In this document: one piece after another, positions 57,816 through 64,000 of the stretch
Numbering within the stretch: position 1 is the first letter of the stretch
Layout of the letters: every line of letters begins with the position of its first letter
Source of the DNA: Acutalibacteraceae bacterium
Lineage (GTDB): Bacteria; Bacillota; Clostridia; Oscillospirales; Acutalibacteraceae
Assembly: GCA_045587045.1 (NCBI GenBank)
Contig: JAZNBM010000142.1
Coordinates: 3,163 to 67,162 of the forward strand
Reading direction: 5' to 3'
DNA length: 64,000 bases
Translations under genes and position numbers: made by a program
The notes under the pieces: model-generated
The model's database searches: none
What the model was told of the DNA's origin: nothing
The model's input: the letters and a program-made list of their open reading frames with translations, nothing else

Positions 57816-58314
57816 TGAATAGCTAATAATGAAAAGTGAACAATTTCGGGTGGGCTTTGCCCACACCCGGATTAATATTAGGAGTTTTTCAGTTGAATAA
57901 AGGACCATTATCCAGTCAATCAATACAGTTCTCGATAGATATAGTTAACTATTATAAATGGCTTGTTTCCGAAAAAAAAGAATATGTCCTTTCCAAACAG
58001 ATTCTAAGAAGCGGTACAAGTATCGGCGCAAACATCCACGAGGCAGACTTTGCTGTCAGCAAGGCAGATTTTATTTTAAAAATGCAAATCGCCCTCAAAG
58101 AAGTATCTGAAACAGAATACTGGTTGCTTGTTCTTGAACAAACAGATTTCTTGCCCAAAGAATTCTGTTTTCTTAAAAGCAACTGTATAAGCTTAAAAAG
58201 AATGCTTGTTGCCTCTTTGAACACAAGTAAAAGCAACTGATTTTGTTTTCATATAAATCAGGTGCGGACAAAGTCCGCCCAAAACTATTCATTATTCATT
58301 CTTCACTATTCACT
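57814..58314 (+). mobile_element. Putative intervening/mobile element: inverted ~60-nt heptamer-hairpin arms (57814-57873, 58256-58314) around a four-helix-bundle gene
   Basis: The arms are imperfect inverted repeats with identical architecture; a cargo-less pair occurs at 58797-58919. Confidence 0.65.
57893..58240 (+). CDS. Four-helix-bundle protein (23S rRNA IVS protein / Avd-like family)
   Basis: LSKQILRSGTSIGANIHEA, SKADFILKMQIALKEVSETEYWL family signature; TTG start after AGGAG. Confidence 0.9.
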   Translation: MNKGPLSSQSIQFSIDIVNYYKWLVSEKKEYVLSKQILRSGTSIGANIHEADFAVSKADFILKMQIALKEVSETEYWLLVLEQTDFLPKEFCFLKSNCISLKRMLVASLNTSKSN

Positions 58315-58363
58315 GGTAAACCGTTCTGTCTACATAAAACACATTTAGAAAGGAAATATAACC

Positions 58364-58789
58364 ATGCTTAAAAACATCTCCCCCATCATTTCTCCCGAGC
58401 TTCTCAAGATTCTTATGGAAATGGGTCACGGTGACGAAATTGTTATCGGTGACGGCAACTTCCCCGCAGCAGCCAATGCAAAAAGACTTGTCCGCCTTGA
58501 CGGCCACGGCGTAAACGAAATTCTTGAAGCTATTCTCAAGCTTATGCCTCTTGATACATACGTTGAGGCTCCCGTTGCCCTTATGGATAACGGCGATGCT
58601 TCAAATCCTCCTCCCATCTGGGCTGAATACAAAAACACCGTTGTTGCCGAAGAAGGCGAAAAGAATTTTGAGCTCGTTGAGCGTTTTGCTTTCTATGAAA
58701 GGGCAAGAGACGCTTATGCAATCATCGCAACAGGCGAAACTGCAATTTACGCAAACATCATCCTCAAAAAAGGCGTTGTTATTCAGTAA
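58364..58789 (+). CDS. fucU: L-fucose mutarotase (RbsD/FucU)
   Basis: MLKNISPIISPELL, MGHGDEIVIGDGNFP, ERFAFYE, ATGE, YANIILKKGV. Confidence 0.93.
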   Translation: MLKNISPIISPELLKILMEMGHGDEIVIGDGNFPAAANAKRLVRLDGHGVNEILEAILKLMPLDTYVEAPVALMDNGDASNPPPIWAEYKNTVVAEEGEKNFELVERFAFYERARDAYAIIATGETAIYANIILKKGVVIQ

Positions 58790-58796
58790 TTGTTCA

Positions 58797-58919
58797 AGTG
58801 AAAAACTAAAAGTGAATAGTGAAAAGTTAAGGAAAGGCTTCGCCTTTGACCGATTATAAAATACGGGTGTGAGCAGAGCCCACCCGAAACTATTCACTCT
58901 TCACCATTCATTATTCACT
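58797..58919. repeat. Empty (MITE-like) two-arm copy of the heptamer-hairpin element
   Basis: Left arm 58797-58855 and right arm 58860-58919, each with four heptamers, linker and hairpin. Confidence 0.8.
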
Positions 58920-58934
58920 TAGAAAGGATATAAA

Positions 58935-60404
58935 ATGAACAAACGAGTTCTTGCCATAGACTTCGGTGCTTCCAGCGGCAGAGCCATTCTCGGCACCTTT
59001 GACGGCAAAAAAATCACACTTGAGGAAGTTCACCGTTTCTCAAATGACCCCGTAAAAGTCGGCGAAACAATGTATTGGGACGTTCTACGTCTCTTCCACG
59101 AAATCAAGCAGGGCATCGTCAAAGCCAAGCTTGCCGGCGGCTTTGACAGCGTTGGCATTGACACCTGGGGCGTTGATTTCGGTCTGATTGACGAATTCGG
59201 CTGCCTGCTTGAAAACCCCGTTCATTACAGAGATGAACGCACAAAGGGTCTTATCGAAGAATGCGCCGAAACCGTTCCCAACGACGAATTTTACGGCACA
59301 ACAGGCATTCAGTTTATGGAGCTTAACACCGTTTATCAGCTCTATGCTCTCAAAAAATACCGTCCTCATATGCTTGAAAGAGCAGATAAAATTCTCTTTA
59401 TGCCCGACCTTTTCGGCTATATGCTCACAGGCAAAATGACGACGGAATATTCAATCGCAACTACCTCTCAGATGATTGACCTCAAAACAAAAAAATGGGC
59501 AACTCCGCTTCTTGACAGACTCGGAATCCCCTCCCGACTTCTCTGCGATGTCGCTCCGTCAGGCTCGGTTCTTGGCAAAATCAGAGCCGATATCTGCACA
59601 GAATGCGGCATCCCCGAGGTTGACGTTATCAGCGTTTGCGGTCACGATACACAGAGCGCAATCACTGCCGTTCCCTGCACAGAGGGCGATTTTGCTTTCC
59701 TTTCAAGCGGCACGTGGTCGCTTTTCGGAACAGAGCTTGACAAGCCCATCGTTGACGAAAAATCAATTGCTATGAACGTCACAAACGAGGGCGGCTACAA
59801 TGAAAAAGTAGGATTCCTCAAAAATATTATCGGTCTCTGGCTGATTCAGGAAAGTCGCCGCCACTGGAACAGACACGGCAGCGATTATTCCTATGCAGAC
59901 CTTGAAAAACTTGCCCTTGCGGCAGAGCCTTTCAAGTGCTTCATCGATCCCGATGCTCCCGAATTTGTGCCTCACGGCAACATTCCCGAGCGTGTTCGCG
60001 AATACTGCCGCAAAACGGGTCAGGCTGTGCCCGAAAGCGTTGGCGAGGTTATGCGCTGTATCTACGAAAGCCTTGCAATGAAATACCGCTTAACCCTTGA
60101 AAAGCTTGAAGAATGCACAGAAAAAACTTATCCCGCAATCCATGTTATCGGCGGCGGAACAAAGGATACTCTCCTTTGCAAAATGACCGCCTGCTCCTGC
60201 GGCAGAAAGGTTGTTGCAGGTCCGATTGAGGCTACCGTTCTGGGCAATATTCTTGTTCAGCTTCTCTCCTGCGGAGCAATTGCAGACATCGACGAAGCAA
60301 GAAAAATCGTTCGTGAAAGCGAAAACACCGTTGAATATGCTCCCGAAGATACCGCCGAATGGACAACGGCATACGAGCGTTTTAAAAAGGTTGTTAACGG
60401 CTGA
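58935..60404 (+). CDS. Rhamnulokinase/L-fuculokinase (FGGY family)
   Basis: AIDFGASSGR, GIDTWGVDF, GHDT, SSGTWSL, TNEGG, GGG; located in the fucose operon. Confidence 0.92.
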   Translation: MNKRVLAIDFGASSGRAILGTFDGKKITLEEVHRFSNDPVKVGETMYWDVLRLFHEIKQGIVKAKLAGGFDSVGIDTWGVDFGLIDEFGCLLENPVHYRDERTKGLIEECAETVPNDEFYGTTGIQFMELNTVYQLYALKKYRPHMLERADKILFMPDLFGYMLTGKMTTEYSIATTSQMIDLKTKKWATPLLDRLGIPSRLLCDVAPSGSVLGKIRADICTECGIPEVDVISVCGHDTQSAITAVPCTEGDFAFLSSGTWSLFGTELDKPIVDEKSIAMNVTNEGGYNEKVGFLKNIIGLWLIQESRRHWNRHGSDYSYADLEKLALAAEPFKCFIDPDAPEFVPHGNIPERVREYCRKTGQAVPESVGEVMRCIYESLAMKYRLTLEKLEECTEKTYPAIHVIGGGTKDTLLCKMTACSCGRKVVAGPIEATVLGNILVQLLSCGAIADIDEARKIVRESENTVEYAPEDTAEWTTAYERFKKVVNG

Positions 60405-60462
60405 CTTTGCCGTTTCAAATAAGAAATAATAAACTTCACTACATAGAAAGGACTTGATTATC

Positions 60463-62259
60463 ATGGCAAAAAGCAGACTTATCGGCGATTATCCCGTAAT
60501 CGGCATTCGCCCCATCATTGACGGCAGAAGAGGACCCCTCAAGGTAAGAGAATCCCTCGAAGACCAGACAATGAATATGGCAAAGGCAGCAAAGGCTCTC
60601 TTTGAAGAAAACCTTCGCTATTCAAACGGCGAACCCGTAAAGGTTGTTATCGCTGACACAACAATCGGCAGAGTTGCAGAAGCAGCAGCATGCGCAGCAA
60701 AGTTCAAGAAGGAAGGCGTGGACATCACTCTTTCCGTTACTCCCTGCTGGTGCTACGGCTCCGAAACAATGGATATGGATCCCAACACAATCAAGGGTGT
60801 TTGGGGCTTCAACGCAACAGAAAGACCCGGCGCAGTTTACCTTGCAGCTGTTCTTGCCGCTCACGCACAGAAGGGTCTGCCCGCATTCGGCATTTACGGC
60901 AAAGACGTTCAGGACGCTGACGACACATCAATGCCCGACGACGTTAAAGAAATGCTTCTCCGCTTCGGTCGCTCTGCTGTTGCAGTTGCAACAATGAGAG
61001 GCAAGAGCTATCTTCAGATCGGCTCAACCTGCATGGGTATTGCAGGCTCAGTTATCGACCCCGATTTCATCGAAGAATATCTCGGCATGAGAGTTGAATC
61101 CGTTGACGAGGTTGAAATCATCCGCCGAATGACAGAAGGCATCTATGACGAAGCTGAATTCCAGAAGGCTCTTGCCTGGACAAAGGCAAAGTGCAAGGAA
61201 GGCTTTGACAAGAACCCCGAATTCGTAAGAAAGAGCGACGAACAGAAAGAAAAGGACTGGGAGTTTGTTGTTAAGATGATGTGCATCATCAAGGACCTTA
61301 TGAACGGCAACGATAATCTTCCTGCAGGCTGTGAAGAAGAAGCTGTCGGCCACAACGCTATCGCAGCAGGCTTCCAGGGTCAGAGACAGTGGACAGACTT
61401 CTATCCCAACGCTGACTTTGCAGAAGCACTTCTCAACACATCCTTTGACTGGGAAGGCGTAAGAGAACCCTATATCCTTGCAACCGAAAACGACGTTCTC
61501 AACGGTATCGGTATGCTCTTTATGAAATTACTTACCAACAGACCCCAGATGTTTGCAGACGTTCGTACTCACTGGAGCGCAGACGCTGTTAAGAGAGTAA
61601 CAGGCTATGACATCGAAGGCAAGGCTGCTGAAGCAGGCGGATTTATCCACCTTATCAACTCAGGCGCTTGCTGCCTTGATGCTTGCGGCGAAGTTAAGGA
61701 CGAAAACGGCAACGGCATCATGAAAGAATGGTACAACGTTACAGAAGAAGATGCTGACAAGATTCTTGAAGCAACAACCTGGAACGCAGCTGATAACGGC
61801 TATTTCAGAGGCGGCGGATATTCATCACGTTTCCTCACCAGAGCAGAAATGCCCGCAACAATGATTCGTCTTAACCTTGTTAAGGGTCTCGGCCCCGTTC
61901 TTCAGATCGTTGAAGGCTGGACTGTAAACCTTCCCGACGAAGTTTCAGACATCATCTGGAAGAGAACAGACTACACATGGCCCTGCACATGGTTCGCACC
62001 CAGATGCACAGGCGAAGGTGCATTCAAGTCAGCATATGACCTTATGAATAACTGGGGCGCAAACCACGGCGCAATTTCCTACGGTCACATCGGCGCAGAT
62101 ATCATCACAATGGCATCAATGCTCCGTATCCCCGTTGCTCTCCACAACGTTCCCGACGAAAAGATTTTCCGTCCCGCTTGCTGGGGTGCATTCGGCACAA
62201 AGGACCTTGAAGGCGCAGACTTCAGAGCTTGCGAAAACTACGGCCCTCTTTACAAATAA
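60463..62259 (+). CDS. fucI: L-fucose isomerase
   Basis: [43 protein letters not shown]. Confidence 0.98.
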   Translation: MAKSRLIGDYPVIGIRPIIDGRRGPLKVRESLEDQTMNMAKAAKALFEENLRYSNGEPVKVVIADTTIGRVAEAAACAAKFKKEGVDITLSVTPCWCYGSETMDMDPNTIKGVWGFNATERPGAVYLAAVLAAHAQKGLPAFGIYGKDVQDADDTSMPDDVKEMLLRFGRSAVAVATMRGKSYLQIGSTCMGIAGSVIDPDFIEEYLGMRVESVDEVEIIRRMTEGIYDEAEFQKALAWTKAKCKEGFDKNPEFVRKSDEQKEKDWEFVVKMMCIIKDLMNGNDNLPAGCEEEAVGHNAIAAGFQGQRQWTDFYPNADFAEALLNTSFDWEGVREPYILATENDVLNGIGMLFMKLLTNRPQMFADVRTHWSADAVKRVTGYDIEGKAAEAGGFIHLINSGACCLDACGEVKDENGNGIMKEWYNVTEEDADKILEATTWNAADNGYFRGGGYSSRFLTRAEMPATMIRLNLVKGLGPVLQIVEGWTVNLPDEVSDIIWKRTDYTWPCTWFAPRCTGEGAFKSAYDLMNNWGANHGAISYGHIGADIITMASMLRIPVALHNVPDEKIFRPACWGAFGTKDLEGADFRACENYGPLYK

Positions 62260-62271
62260 TCACAAAAAATC

Positions 62272-62299
62272 AGCGGACTGCTTCGGCAGTCCGCTTTTT
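62272..62299. terminator. Intrinsic terminator
   Basis: AGCGGACTGC-TTCG-GCAGTCCGCT-TTTT. Confidence 0.88.
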
Positions 62300-62302
62300 C
62301 AT

Positions 62303-62845
62303 TTATATCAACCCGAATATCCGCTTAAAATACCAAATAAACATCATCCACACATTGACCTCGGAGCTTATTCCTTCCCTGTCGGCAATCGTCTTGCCGT
62401 CAATATCCTTAAGTCGGTTTCCGTTTCTGTCGACAAGATACGCTTCGATAACCGCATCGCCGTCAACGGTTGCAGTCACGGTGCAGCTCAATCCCGTAGA
62501 CGACGGCTCAAGCGTAACACCTCTGCCGTCAACGATTTTCCATTTGATTTTTGCACCCTCGGGCAGATTCGTCGCATTGGCATAAAGATTTATTGATTCA
62601 CCGTATTCAAGATAGCGTGTATGCGGCTTGAGCACGGTTATTTTTGCCTCGGAATAATTCTTTGCAACCGTAAACTCCTTGCTGAAGCTGTTTGCACCGT
62701 CGGAATAAACGGCTCTGTAAGTGCCTGCTTCGTCAATTGCCGTAACGGTCTGCCACTGCTCGCCGTCAAACTTTTCCACGCTGAGTGAATAACTTTCATT
62801 TGCAAAATAAAAATCTCTGCCGTGCAGTCCGAAATAAAGCCTTGT
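62303..62845 (-). pseudogene. Probable 5'-truncated remnant of a surface-protein gene (C-terminal Ig-like domain and amphipathic tail)
   Basis: The frame stays open 22 codons upstream of the GTG at 62779 until a TGA; no RBS or signal peptide; ends VWMMFIWYFKRIFGLI. Confidence 0.5.
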
Positions 62846-62982
62846 TCACAAATTATTTAACATAAGTCAAAATTTTCTTAAAATTAGTCTTTTATTTTAT
62901 ATAAGTAAGTGATATAATATATCCGATTATGGATAATTATGTATATTAAAAACCAAAAATATTCGTAACAGGAGGCAACAAA

Positions 62983-63690
62983 GTGTCTGCAATTATTTCC
63001 GTTAAAGATCTCAGCAAGTCCTACGGCAAAAAAGAGGTTCTTAACAAAATCTCCTTTAAAGTCGAAGACGGACAGATTGTCGGTCTGCTCGGCCCCAACG
63101 GCTGCGGCAAGACCTCACTCATCAAAATTTTAACAGGCCTTATCAACGATTACAGCGGCGAAGTTCTTGTTGACGGTCAGAAACCCGGCAAGGCAACAAA
63201 GGCAAAGGTAGCTTTTCTGCCCGAAAAAACTTACCTGCCCACATATATGATTGCCAAAGAAGCAATCACCTACATTGCCGATTTCTATGATGATTTTGAC
63301 AAAGAAAAAGCTATGCGCCTGATGGAGGTTTTTCAGCTTGACCCCAAGCAGAAGGTAAGAACAATGTCAAAGGGTCAGCAGGAAAAGCTGCAGCTTATTC
63401 TTGTTATGTGCCGCAATGCAAAAATCTATATTCTGGACGAGCCCATGGGCGGCGTTGACCCTGCGGCAAGAGATTTCATTCTTCAGACAATTCTCAAAAA
63501 CCGTCCCGAGGGTTCAACAATACTTATGTCGACCCACCTTATTCAGGACGTTGAAGAGATTTTTGATTCAATCCTTATGATTCGCAACGGCAAGGTCCGT
63601 ATTCAGGATTCCGTTGCAAACCTCACCAAAAACGGCAAAACCATCAACGATATTTTCAAGGAGGTGTTCAGCGTTGACTGGAAATTCTAA
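62983..63690 (+). CDS. ABC transporter ATP-binding protein
   Basis: GPNGCGKT, MSKGQ, LDEPMGGVD, STH. Confidence 0.94.
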   Translation: MSAIISVKDLSKSYGKKEVLNKISFKVEDGQIVGLLGPNGCGKTSLIKILTGLINDYSGEVLVDGQKPGKATKAKVAFLPEKTYLPTYMIAKEAITYIADFYDDFDKEKAMRLMEVFQLDPKQKVRTMSKGQQEKLQLILVMCRNAKIYILDEPMGGVDPAARDFILQTILKNRPEGSTILMSTHLIQDVEEIFDSILMIRNGKVRIQDSVANLTKNGKTINDIFKEVFSVDWKF

Positions 63691-64000
63691 AGCAAAAAGC
63701 TTGGGAGAAAATTCCAAACCCAAGAGCAAGTTTTTAAAGCTTCTTAAACACGACTTTCTTGCAAGCGCAAGACTTATAAGCCTTTTCTACATCATTGAAG
63801 CCGTTCTTATGGTTCTCTATAAGCTCGGTCACTATCTGGGCACACACACAGAAAACCCCGGCGCTATCGTTTCAAAGCTTATCGGTTTTGCACCCTGGGC
63901 AATCGTTCTGGCTTTTGTCACAGCTTTTGCGCTGATAATCCTCACGATGTTCTTCATCATTTTTGACTTTTTCAAGTCGCTTTACAGCCCTCAGGGTTAC
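63674..64000 (+). CDS. ABC-2-type permease (partial, runs off the right edge)
   Basis: TTG start after GGAGGTG; KLLKHDFLASARLISLFYII followed by TM segments. Confidence 0.75.
   Translation, partial: MTGNSKAKSLGENSKPKSKFLKLLKHDFLASARLISLFYIIEAVLMVLYKLGHYLGTHTENPGAIVSKLIGFAPWAIVLAFVTAFALIILTMFFIIFDFFKSLYSPQGY

Noticed and set aside
57836-57892. N-terminal extension MNNFGWALPTP (and the similar ORF 58601-58897)
   Set aside because: These are translations of the repeat arms, not real coding sequence.
57814-58919. CRISPR array or DGR
   Set aside because: The repeats are inverted arms without unique spacers or cas genes. No reverse transcriptase or TR/VR pair was seen despite the Avd-like protein.

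Overview
Chromosomal window from a gut-type Clostridia (Oscillospiraceae/Acutalibacteraceae-like) genome; the taxon is inferred from gene content. It is mostly housekeeping and metabolic genes: a GH78 alpha-L-rhamnosidase running off the left edge, nanA, glyA, hflX, a complete shikimate/Phe/Tyr supra-operon (pheA-aroB-aroC-aroE/K-aroQ-aroA-tyrA-aroF + GNAT), two two-component systems, several transporters, rlmD, cysK, folE-folP-folB-folK, a degenerate RnfD/E/A trio, mecA, rpe and fucU-kinase-fucI. I saw no rRNA, tRNA, CRISPR array, transposase, integrase or phage gene. The most notable signals are missing from the ORF track. (1) A ~60-nt repeat family (four AGTGAAT-like heptamers + linker + covarying hairpin + GATT) brackets a four-helix-bundle (IVS/Avd-like) gene as inverted arms. 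It recurs as an empty two-arm copy and as solo arms, with the same polarity relative to transcription. (2) A 39-aa Phe/Tyr-rich leader peptide with a full attenuator sits ahead of the aro operon. (3) A 23-aa leader peptide plus terminator precedes a zinc-ribbon ABC/DUF1854/ABC operon. (4) The Rnf-like membrane module has lost most of its Fe-S cysteines. (5) A 60-aa orphan protein has a perfect consensus promoter. All family calls come from motif recognition, without database searches.
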